NCBI RefSeq assembly: GCF_001644705.1
Contig: NZ_CP015137.1
Location: 3,270,001-3,302,000 of the forward strand
Reading direction: 5' to 3'
DNA from: Dickeya solani IPO 2222
Lineage (GTDB): Bacteria > Pseudomonadota > Gammaproteobacteria > Enterobacterales > Enterobacteriaceae
Length of the DNA stretch: 32,000 nucleotides
Notes under the pieces: generated by a model
What the model was told of the DNA's origin: nothing
What the model saw: only the letters and a program-made list of their open reading frames with translations
Database searches by the model: none
Made by a program: the position numbers and the translations under genes
Part shown: piece by piece, positions 1 through 7,844 of the stretch
How the letters are laid out: the number at the start of each line of letters is the position of its first letter
How positions within the stretch are numbered: position 1 is the stretch's first letter

Positions 1-52
1 AAAGTACTATCCAGATAGCCGATGCTTTTTAACCAATTACTATTTTTCATTT

Positions 53-721
53 TTATTGCTCACGCCTTGCCAGATAAAATTGAGTCAGATAGTTAATAGC
101 CAGTTGTGCATCATTTTTTTTAGGATGCAACGTATCATCACCAAATAGTGTTCTTAATTCACCGTCTTTGACCTGTGGTGAAAAAGAGCGGATTATTTCT
201 ACTACCTGGTCAATATAACGCTCATACCAACTGATAGACCGAACCTTCGCCAATATGAGTCGGGCGGTCAGCGAAGAGAATCGCTTTTGCATGACGAGAT
301 GACGCGTAATATGGTCTATATGCACCCATGAGAGCGTTATCTCTTCATAACTCCCGGAATGATAGCGTAATGCTACATCTGCATCAGAGTGGTAATAACC
401 CATAATGTAGCCATGAAAAATCTGGCCCACACCTACCATCCCTGCATTATAACAATCGGCAGCGCGTAGTGCTCCCATACTGGAACAGCCCAGTAATAGT
501 CCCCCGGCCTGAATGAATTCCAGGCACTCCACCACGGTTACAGACATTTTAGTGCCAAACAAGCCATCAGCGATTAATACCGGGCGACCGCTACCCGTTA
601 ATGTTGCCAGTTCCCCACCCTGAATCGGTGGGCGATACTCAATAATAGCGTCACGTTGTTTAATCGCTGACACTGACGGACCACCAAATACGATCGGTTT
701 ACGTTTAGGCGAAAAAAGCAT
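53..721 (-). CDS. TfuA-like protein (accessory partner of YcaO in peptide backbone thioamidation)
   Basis: 222-aa ORF with the family-typical stretches 'PIVFGGPS', 'VLIADGLFG' and 'GCSSMGALRAADCYNAGMVGVGQIF'. The ATG at 721 lies 3 nt after the ycaO stop (725-727), so the two genes are probably translationally coupled. Confidence 0.85.
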   Translation of the reverse strand: MLFSPKRKPIVFGGPSVSAIKQRDAIIEYRPPIQGGELATLTGSGRPVLIADGLFGTKMSVTVVECLEFIQAGGLLLGCSSMGALRAADCYNAGMVGVGQIFHGYIMGYYHSDADVALRYHSGSYEEITLSWVHIDHITRHLVMQKRFSSLTARLILAKVRSISWYERYIDQVVEIIRSFSPQVKDGELRTLFGDDTLHPKKNDAQLAINYLTQFYLARREQ

Positions 722-724
722 AAT

Positions 725-1906
725 TTACCCCACCCGGCCCGGATTAACATGCCAGTCATACAGACCAGGAATAACTGCTTTAACCGTATGAAAAGGTAGA
801 TCGCTCAGCGATAAGTCCACAATATAAACATCCTCGATCTCTTGTTTTTCGAGAATCGTCGCAAGAAATTGCGTTGCTGCTGCCAGGGTTACGGGAGGTT
901 GTTCTGAGATAGATGGTTCTGAGGGAGATGGTTCTGATGACGGCATCGCCACGTTGGCATAATGCTTGTGGAATAACGCCTTCAACTTGCTAAATTTAGA
1001 CGTATCAAAGAAGGATTGTGAGCGGTACTTTTTCTCCTGCCGGTTTAAATCTTCCCGGGAGGCTTGCAGACTCACTACCAGCCCCTGAATCGCTTCCATC
1101 ATTGCGGCATCCAAAGCGTCAGATTCTGTAAAACCTGATGCAGAACCTGCAATCATAAACTTCGGCCCCATACTGACGGGATCATACAAAGCAACATAGT
1201 AAGTGGGTAAGGGGCCGTGTATACGCAACGCGAAACTTTCGTACCCTTTATCGTTAAGATGTTCCCACAATGTCATGGTCGACGCGCGGGAAATGGTCGA
1301 GAGATCAACAAAATCAGCGCAGATTTTGGACAGACAGTTCTTGTAGAACAGGGATGTCGTATTACGTTCAATCGACTCCATGATCGCAAAACAGGTCGCT
1401 TCTTCCAGACTGCCCCCGCAAGCCAGTCCGGAAGTATGCGCTTGTATATTAGCGTTATGTCTGTCGGCACCATGATATGGAAATTGCACTTCAATCGCAG
1501 GGATTCGCCGTTCGCGACCCGTATGCCACTCATATCCGTTTATCCATTGCTGAATATTACATTCCGGAGTGAAACCTAATCGTTGCAGTGTCTTTTTATC
1601 GTCCCTGGTTGCCTGATGATGAAAAATAGCCGGCTCGCACCAGCAAGCGCAATGTCGTTCATACGCTTCCATCAGCGCGCTGCAGGTGGCAGCGGTTAAA
1701 CTACGGCCTTTACCCTGTGTGGATGATATCTGGCCTTTTTTTATCTCCGTTCTCACTGCATTGACGATGGATATTCCAGGAAGATTAATAAACTCACCTA
1801 CTGAGGTGAGCCTTGAAATACCTAAACGCTTACGCAGCGGTAGCGCAAGAGCCAATACTTCTTTCTCGGTATAACGCCTTAAGCCGGGATCAGCTGCTGT
1901 TTTCAA
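725..1906 (-). CDS. YcaO-family ATP-dependent peptide amide-activating enzyme
   Basis: 393 aa. Carries the hallmark YcaO motifs 'GKGRSLTAATCSALMEAYERH' and 'TSGLACGGSLEEATCFAIMESIERN'. The TTG start at 1906 follows a GGGAGGA Shine-Dalgarno (SD) sequence by 8 nt and overlaps the upstream stop (TTGA). Confidence 0.9.
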   Translation of the reverse strand: MKTAADPGLRRYTEKEVLALALPLRKRLGISRLTSVGEFINLPGISIVNAVRTEIKKGQISSTQGKGRSLTAATCSALMEAYERHCACWCEPAIFHHQATRDDKKTLQRLGFTPECNIQQWINGYEWHTGRERRIPAIEVQFPYHGADRHNANIQAHTSGLACGGSLEEATCFAIMESIERNTTSLFYKNCLSKICADFVDLSTISRASTMTLWEHLNDKGYESFALRIHGPLPTYYVALYDPVSMGPKFMIAGSASGFTESDALDAAMMEAIQGLVVSLQASREDLNRQEKKYRSQSFFDTSKFSKLKALFHKHYANVAMPSSEPSPSEPSISEQPPVTLAAATQFLATILEKQEIEDVYIVDLSLSDLPFHTVKAVIPGLYDWHVNPGRVG

Positions 1907-4900
1907 CGATCGTTCCTCCCGGCCGAAAAATCATGGGCAAGGGTCAGGCATTTCAACTGAATGTATTTATTTATCTGTTTTCTGACCGTTAACGGAAGTG
2001 TCGCATAGGTTTTCTGCGCATCAGCCAGACAATGGAGCCTGATCAGTTCTGTTAGTGAATGATAAAGTTGTGCGCTGATTAACTGCGACGTTCCCTGATA
2101 GTCATGAGTAAGCCAGTACCTTATTTCATTTTTTTCCAGTGCGCTGTGCAGCTTGCAGCCGGGGCTAAGGCGTAACAATCCTGGCAGGTTTTTTTCATCT
2201 AACGCCCACTCACGAAGTTCAACGATGTAGTCACCAAATACCACTGCATCGATATGCGTTGAAAGTAGCATTTCTATTGCCTGCTGTGGTTCTTCGACGA
2301 TTGGTTGTCCGCGTACATTGAATGAGGTATTCAGTAAAACAGGAAACCCAGAGAGTTTGCCAAAGGCATTCAACAACGCGTGGATCTCGGCATTGTCATG
2401 CGCCGAGACCGTTTGTACCCGCGCAGTACCATCAACATGGGTGATTGCCGCGAGTTTGTCCCGGCATTCTTTTTTAACCGGCAGAACTTCGAGCATGTAT
2501 TTATGTTCACCATCCCCGTCAAAGTAATGGCTAAGATGTTCGGCGGCGACCATGGGGGCAAAAGGGCGGAAGTCTTCGCGGAATTTCACCCACTTGTTGA
2601 TGAATTTCCAGGTATCCATTGAACATGGGCTTGCCAGTAATGAGCGAGCGCCTAATGCGCGTGGACCAAATTCAGAACCTTTATTGCAGGAAAAATACCC
2701 GATGACCTGTCCGGCATTTAATCGCCCCGCCAGCGCGGCAGTGTCAATGGGGGTGATCGTTATTCTGTCAGCAAAGCGGTTGGTGGCAAAAGCGATGTCG
2801 CGGTAATGATAAACTTTGCCCAGATAATCATGACTAAAGGCATCATTCAGGGTTTTTCCATGCCTTTTGTAATAGGCGGCACTGGCCGCTCCAATCGAAA
2901 TTCCAGCGTCATGTTGTGCGGGGAAGAGATAGAAGTCTTTTAATTTAAGGTGGTTACGAACCTTAAAATTGACGACGGAATTTAACGCCACTCCGCCGGT
3001 CATGACCAGAGGGGTATTATTCGTAATCTGGTAACGTTCGAGGCGGGAAAATATTCCTTTTTCTAATACTGCCTGCACCGAAGCTGCCAGGTTAGCGTAA
3101 TCCATGGGATTGGATTTCTTTTCAGTGAACCGTTGCTTCCACGAATAGCCATACGATATGCCTGACGGTGTTTCAACAGCGATTTCATCAGCATACTCAG
3201 GTGTGCCGTACGGCGCTAATCCCATCAATTTACCGGAGGCTTGCCAGGAATCAAATACGAACTGGCTCACGGAAGCATAGGCTTCTCCAAGGGAAACACT
3301 GCCATTTCTTATATTAAAAGACGGGCTGTATTCCCTGTTTACTAGCCGATAACCCTGCTGATCAAAAGAATAATGCGACACGACATGCAACTGCGGCTTA
3401 ATTCCGTTTAGACCTGCATTCAGGTAGGCGGCAAATTCTTCGCCACTGCATAAAAGATCTTCCCGGCCCACGACGGTTCCGCCCGAACCGTCAACGACCA
3501 GAACATTACCCTGGTTAAATTTTGAACCAGACCAGGCAGCAAAAGCATGGCATAGATGGTGACTGGCAAAGACGGCTTTGGCAGAGAACGGATCAAACAG
3601 GGTAAAATCTGCGGCATGGATCGGCTGATTGAGGCCGATATACTCCGGTGTGGCCGCCTGAATATTATATGCAAAGCAGTTCACATCATGGTAAGTAAGA
3701 CCCGCGGCTGAAAGGCAGTAATCCACCGCCAGGGTACTATCGAGAATATTCCGGCCATCATGTTTAATCCGCGTAAGGCGTTCCAGTTGAATGCCATAAC
3801 GAATTTTACCGTTGACCATAAGGCATGCTGACGCATCATGGCTGGCGGAAATGCCAACAATGACATCGTCATCAGGTTTAATTAGCGGGAGTGAAGACGT
3901 TATATTGGTGTCTATGGTCACCTGAGATGCGAGGGTGATCCGATCGAACAGCCCTTCGGCTTGCAACCATATAGTCTGTTCACCGGTATGGCTTAGCCCC
4001 TCGGTAGAGATAAGTAGCGTGCCATTTTCCCCGATGATTTTCTGACCATCGACTATTGCCGTCAATCGGGTTGTGCGTGCGATGCTTCCCTGAAAACCAG
4101 CGACCAGACCGATTTTTAACCCGGTGTCTGTTGAGGGCAACGTGAGTGTGGTTTCTATCTGCGTCGATCTCTCGACATTGAGATCCCAGCACTGTGGCAT
4201 GTGTGGTGGAAGCGGCTTATTTTCAAATAAGTACAATCCCTGATAAGCCTCACTCAGGCAGATCATACCGGCGTGTAGCGCCAGACGATCGTGGGGATTG
4301 CCCGATTTGATAAGAAAGTCGCGTAGGTTGGCTGCCAGCCCCGCAAGGTAAACAACGGCTGCAGACGTACCTTTTATGGAGTCAGGCTCACCAGCATTAT
4401 TACGTGTTGGGTAGTCAAACTCTCTGACGATAAATTCTATATTGCCATTACCTGCCGGCGTTTTTCCTGGAATGGTATTATTTGTTAATAATAGAGCAAT
4501 ACCGATTGCTTCCGCCGAAGAGCCAGGGAAACGCTGGCGTCCGAAATCGTGACCTACTGATGCCAGTATGTAAGGTATGTCAGTTGCGTCGGAAAAGTTA
4601 GATAAAGCCGCATGCAGCGAATGAGAGAATTCATTTTCAGCAGAAGAATACGCATGAGCTTCGATATGACAGTTTCCAAATTGTTGGACAACACGTTTTC
4701 TCACGCTGTCATAGCCTTGGGAAAAGGCATCAAGGTAGCTGGCGGAAACAACGCGGGAAAAGTCCTCTCCTGAGTAAGAAAAAAGATCGCTGGTCAGTAA
4801 ACCGGAAATTTTAACGGTATGTGGATTTACTCTCTCTCCATTTGATATTTCCGCCAGCCGTACGATTTCGTTTTTTCTTGCACTATCAAATAGAAGGATA

Positions 4901-4920
4901 TTGGTGTTGTTCGTGTCCAT
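1903..4920 (-). CDS. Large fusion protein: C-terminal NodU/CmcH/TobZ-type carbamoyltransferase with an N-terminal ~350-aa extension (possible subtilase-like domain)
   Basis: I place the start at ATG 4920, with TAAGG 6 nt upstream; the track start at 4935 is a TTG. From about residue 355 the sequence matches the carbamoyltransferase family ('VIVGISASHDASACLMVNGKI', 'HHLCHAFAAW', 'MTGGVALNSVVN', 'LLNTSFNVRGQPIV'). In the N-terminal part, 'KGTSAAVVYLAGLAANL' resembles the subtilase serine motif GTSxAxPxVAG. That N-terminal assignment is by eye only. Confidence 0.8.
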   Translation of the reverse strand: MDTNNTNILLFDSARKNEIVRLAEISNGERVNPHTVKISGLLTSDLFSYSGEDFSRVVSASYLDAFSQGYDSVRKRVVQQFGNCHIEAHAYSSAENEFSHSLHAALSNFSDATDIPYILASVGHDFGRQRFPGSSAEAIGIALLLTNNTIPGKTPAGNGNIEFIVREFDYPTRNNAGEPDSIKGTSAAVVYLAGLAANLRDFLIKSGNPHDRLALHAGMICLSEAYQGLYLFENKPLPPHMPQCWDLNVERSTQIETTLTLPSTDTGLKIGLVAGFQGSIARTTRLTAIVDGQKIIGENGTLLISTEGLSHTGEQTIWLQAEGLFDRITLASQVTIDTNITSSLPLIKPDDDVIVGISASHDASACLMVNGKIRYGIQLERLTRIKHDGRNILDSTLAVDYCLSAAGLTYHDVNCFAYNIQAATPEYIGLNQPIHAADFTLFDPFSAKAVFASHHLCHAFAAWSGSKFNQGNVLVVDGSGGTVVGREDLLCSGEEFAAYLNAGLNGIKPQLHVVSHYSFDQQGYRLVNREYSPSFNIRNGSVSLGEAYASVSQFVFDSWQASGKLMGLAPYGTPEYADEIAVETPSGISYGYSWKQRFTEKKSNPMDYANLAASVQAVLEKGIFSRLERYQITNNTPLVMTGGVALNSVVNFKVRNHLKLKDFYLFPAQHDAGISIGAASAAYYKRHGKTLNDAFSHDYLGKVYHYRDIAFATNRFADRITITPIDTAALAGRLNAGQVIGYFSCNKGSEFGPRALGARSLLASPCSMDTWKFINKWVKFREDFRPFAPMVAAEHLSHYFDGDGEHKYMLEVLPVKKECRDKLAAITHVDGTARVQTVSAHDNAEIHALLNAFGKLSGFPVLLNTSFNVRGQPIVEEPQQAIEMLLSTHIDAVVFGDYIVELREWALDEKNLPGLLRLSPGCKLHSALEKNEIRYWLTHDYQGTSQLISAQLYHSLTELIRLHCLADAQKTYATLPLTVRKQINKYIQLKCLTLAHDFSAGRNDR

Positions 4921-4964
4921 ACATCGCCTTATCAACCAGTATTATTATATTTTTTATTTTAAAG

Positions 4965-5798
4965 TCAGAATGAAGGAGTGAAATTCATCCTTTGACAGGA
5001 GTTTTCTATATTTGCCAAATCTGTCACGATCACTTCAGATGAAATACCTACCCCTAATTCATAGGTAACGGCTTTAAGGTTAGTGCATTGCGTAACGGCT
5101 TGCTCTAGCAAAGGAAAAACCTCAGCCACAATTTTTTCTGAGTGAGTGTCACGATATCGCCAATGATGTTTAGGATGAACACTACCGCCTGCAATATGAA
5201 TTTCATTGACCGCTGAGAGTGGCAGACTATTCAAGACATCTTCCGGTTTCAGGCCATAATAGATCGCATAAGAAAATACATGGCTGATATCCAACACCAC
5301 ACCGCATTGCGTCGCGTCAACCAGACGATGAAAAAACTCACCCAGCGTCATGTCGCCCGCGGCAATACTGAACGAGGGAATTTCGGCACAAAATGGAATG
5401 CTGGAAACTTGCTGAATACGTTTCACACCCTCGATTGTCATTGCAAGGACTGACTCGCAGAGCACCGGTGCTGCGAAATAGGGCAGATTATAAGGGCCAA
5501 CATTCCAGATGCCGATATCTTCCAGACACCATGCCGCTTGCAACGCATTACTGATGTTGCTTTGATTTTCCAGTACATCAGGTCGTAATCCATCAATTCC
5601 CGCAGGTTCCATACCTGAAAAATGGTGTATGAGCGGATAGTCAATAAAGTTCTGACGAAATGCCTTGGCTACAGCGAGATCTGGAATAGCGACGACTGAC
5701 AGATGGCTAATTCCATGTTGGGATAATTTCAATAGGTCACTTAATTTATGGCCATAACTGTGAGTATAATCAATCCCTAATCCTACATATGAGCTCAT
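4965..5798 (-). CDS. DUF692 / MNIO family enzyme (MbnB/TglH/BufB-like multinuclear non-heme iron oxidase)
   Basis: 277 aa. Has TIM-barrel-type metal-ligand stretches typical of DUF692: 'GLGIDYTH', 'LEDIG', 'VLDISHVFSY', 'NEIHIAGG', 'YRDTHSE', 'VTYELG'. The ATG at 5798 has an AAGGAG SD 6 nt upstream and overlaps the stop of the preceding gene (ATGA). Confidence 0.8.
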   Translation of the reverse strand: MSSYVGLGIDYTHSYGHKLSDLLKLSQHGISHLSVVAIPDLAVAKAFRQNFIDYPLIHHFSGMEPAGIDGLRPDVLENQSNISNALQAAWCLEDIGIWNVGPYNLPYFAAPVLCESVLAMTIEGVKRIQQVSSIPFCAEIPSFSIAAGDMTLGEFFHRLVDATQCGVVLDISHVFSYAIYYGLKPEDVLNSLPLSAVNEIHIAGGSVHPKHHWRYRDTHSEKIVAEVFPLLEQAVTQCTNLKAVTYELGVGISSEVIVTDLANIENSCQRMNFTPSF

Positions 5799-6379
5799 GC
5801 TGTCTCCTTAAGTGAAATCGCTACTTTCCCATTTTCATTGTGTAAGCGTAAACATGCCGATTTATTCTCGAATGCGACATCGGAGAGATGGCCCGCTTTG
5901 TTCAATAATGATAATGAGAAATACCTGTCGAGAGTAATCTCTTCGGTTGTCGACTTTTCGTCAACATGGCTTATTTTCGATTTCCACGGTGAGTTTTCAG
6001 AGCTTGTTGAAATGCCAGAGTAAATGCCGTCAATCAGAAATATGGTTTTCTCTTCTTCAGTCAGGTTGGATTTTTCGACAACAAATAAGCAAAAACTTTC
6101 AATCAGTGTCCTGCTGTTCCAGTTCCAGAAACTGTCTGACTCGCAATATGCTATTACCAGGGTAAGAAACTGCTCTTTGCTAAAAAAACGTGGGGAAAAG
6201 TGCATGTCTGAATAAAGAACGGTACGCAAATTTCGCTGTCTGGCTGAGCGTTCAACGATCAGTCTTTCGCTGTCCATGGTTCGGGCAAGGTACTGATACT
6301 CTGTCTCTGCATCCGTTATCCGATAGTTGTCGCTATATAGCATCGACACATAGGCTTTCTGTAACTTTTTCGCGTCCAA
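5795..6379 (-). CDS. Hypothetical 194-aa protein; by position a candidate MNIO partner or substrate-recognition subunit (MbnC/TglI/BufC role)
   Basis: The ORF is 4-nt coupled to the DUF692 gene. A TTG start at 6379 lies 6 nt after a GGAGG that is formed by the Gly-Gly codons of the upstream ThiS-like gene; an alternative ATG sits at codon 13. I recognise no family from the sequence, so the functional call rests on context only. Confidence 0.5.
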   Translation of the reverse strand: MDAKKLQKAYVSMLYSDNYRITDAETEYQYLARTMDSERLIVERSARQRNLRTVLYSDMHFSPRFFSKEQFLTLVIAYCESDSFWNWNSRTLIESFCLFVVEKSNLTEEEKTIFLIDGIYSGISTSSENSPWKSKISHVDEKSTTEEITLDRYFSLSLLNKAGHLSDVAFENKSACLRLHNENGKVAISLKETA

Positions 6380-6381
6380 GA

Positions 6382-6642
6382 TTAACCTCCCGAAATAGCT
6401 ACTTCAAATGTCAAATGATCACCATCGGTTAGGATTGGATTGCTATCAACTGACATCGTATTGTTAATAAAAAGGGTAATGAAAGGCTTTAACTTGCAGC
6501 TTTCATTTTTTTCGACGGCTATTAATTTAAATGCCTCAGGATGCATACTCCTGATTTCAAGTAAGATAGCGTCAAGGCTTTTAGCGTCTGTTATTATCTT
6601 ACCAGCGCTTCTTATTGATTCTGGCAGCGATATCTCAATCAT
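6382..6642 (-). CDS. ThiS/MoaD-like small sulfur-carrier protein (C-terminal Gly-Gly)
   Basis: 86 aa, ending '...DGDHLTFEVAISGG' followed directly by the stop. This matches the MoaD/ThiS beta-grasp C-terminus. The gene lies 15 nt downstream of the E1-like gene. Confidence 0.75.
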   Translation of the reverse strand: MIEISLPESIRSAGKIITDAKSLDAILLEIRSMHPEAFKLIAVEKNESCKLKPFITLFINNTMSVDSNPILTDGDHLTFEVAISGG

Positions 6643-6657
6643 CGTTATACAGTTCCA

Positions 6658-7743
6658 TTAATTATTATGGCATTGACATCCAGGACGTTTTTTAGTGGTT
6701 AGTAGCTGATGTTGATTGTTGAGCATGTCTATTTTTAATAGTTTCCCGTTTAAACAGTCGCCAATCCCAAGAATAATCTTTAGTACTTCGTTTGCCTGAT
6801 ATATTCCGAGCATTCCGGGGATCACGCCAACAACGCCATTTTCTGTGCAGGATGGAGCCAATTCTGCTGGAGGGGCTTCCGGGTAGACACAACGATAACA
6901 AGGTGCCTGATTATTCGAACGTGTCATGACTTGCCCGGAAAAACGGAATACAGCCGCGGAGACTACGGGTTTTCCCGCCGCGACAGCTGAATCATTAATA
7001 ATGTACCGGGCTTTAAAATTGTCGGTACAATCTACGATAACGTCGTATCCGTCTATTAATGCATCAATATTTTCTGGCGTTACCCGCTCATCGATAGTAT
7101 TAATCGTGATTTCAGAATTTAGTGCCCGTAATGTATGCAATGCAGAATCAACTTTTTTCTTTTTCAGCATTTTTTCGTTATGAATGACCTGCCGTTGCAA
7201 ATTGCTCAGATCAACAATGTCATGATCGACGATTGTAATTTCACCAACGCCGGCTGCTGCGAGATACAGTAGACAGGATGAGCCGAGTCCTCCGGCACCG
7301 ACAACCAGCACTTTCGCTTGCATAATTTTTAACTGACCATCGGAACCGATGTCTTGTAGAGACAGGTGTCTTGCATAACGTTTTTTATCATTTTCGCTAA
7401 GGCTCAGAGGGTATTCAATTTGATTCCCCTGAGCTTTCCATGCTTCAAATCCCCCCTGAAGGGAGTAGATATTCGAATAGTTAAGTAGCACTAAGTTTAA
7501 TGCAGCGTATCTGGAGCGTAAGCCACTTGCACAAAAGAGTACGATAGGTTTATCTAATTCTATTTTTCTTTTCTTTAGCTCTATTTCTAGAAAGCCACGC
7601 CCGATAGTCAGTGCTTTGGGAATAGTACCGTCAAGATATTCATGGCTCTCTCTTACATCAATCAAAAGAAAATCGTCGCTGTCTTTCAATTCATCTATCG
7701 AGATTGAGCGGATACTGTCAATTCCATCGACTATGTTACTCAT
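6658..7743 (-). CDS. Rhodanese-ThiF/MoeB fusion (E1-like adenylyltransferase/sulfurtransferase)
   Basis: 361 aa. The N-terminal rhodanese domain has the active-site loop 'CASGLRS'. The ThiF/MoeB Rossmann region follows ('VLVVGAGGLGSSCLLYLAAAGVGEITIVDHDIVDLSNLQRQ'), then the paired Cys motifs 'CYRC' and 'CQC'. Confidence 0.9.
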   Translation of the reverse strand: MSNIVDGIDSIRSISIDELKDSDDFLLIDVRESHEYLDGTIPKALTIGRGFLEIELKKRKIELDKPIVLFCASGLRSRYAALNLVLLNYSNIYSLQGGFEAWKAQGNQIEYPLSLSENDKKRYARHLSLQDIGSDGQLKIMQAKVLVVGAGGLGSSCLLYLAAAGVGEITIVDHDIVDLSNLQRQVIHNEKMLKKKKVDSALHTLRALNSEITINTIDERVTPENIDALIDGYDVIVDCTDNFKARYIINDSAVAAGKPVVSAAVFRFSGQVMTRSNNQAPCYRCVYPEAPPAELAPSCTENGVVGVIPGMLGIYQANEVLKIILGIGDCLNGKLLKIDMLNNQHQLLTTKKRPGCQCHNN

Positions 7744-7819
7744 AAATAAATACCTTTCGATTACTGAAAAGTAAAGTATGGTTTTGATATCTTATTTAAG
7801 GTGAGGCGATTAAGGAAGG

Positions 7820-7838
7820 GTGGCCGCATAGCGGCCAC
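7820..7838 (-). terminator. GC-rich stem-loop between the small leading ORF and the enzyme genes (possible attenuator or RNA-stabilising hairpin)
   Basis: Perfect 8-bp stem GTGGCCGC-ATA-GCGGCCAC. On the minus strand it starts 7 nt after the small-ORF stop and is followed by CCUUCCUUAA. The clean T-tract (TTTTTCTT) lies on the plus-strand side. Confidence 0.4.
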
Positions 7839-7844
7839 TTTTTC

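Noticed and set aside
1217-1579. Small ORFs nested in or antisense to the island genes (e.g. 1217..1579 +, 2318..2806 +, 5838..6432 +, 6440..6661 +)
   Set aside because: All are embedded in genes with strong family signatures on the other strand or frame, and none has an SD or motifs. I also checked them as possible extra precursor or immunity peptides and found no similarity to the 40-aa peptide.
6658-7743. Reading the ThiF-like enzyme as a MccB/PaaA-type peptide-modifying E1 (microcin C or pantocin-like pathway)
   Set aside because: I did not adopt this as the primary call. The fused rhodanese domain and the adjacent Gly-Gly-terminated beta-grasp protein fit a sulfur-carrier system better. 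I keep it as an alternative because the precursor ends in a free Gln-Glu.
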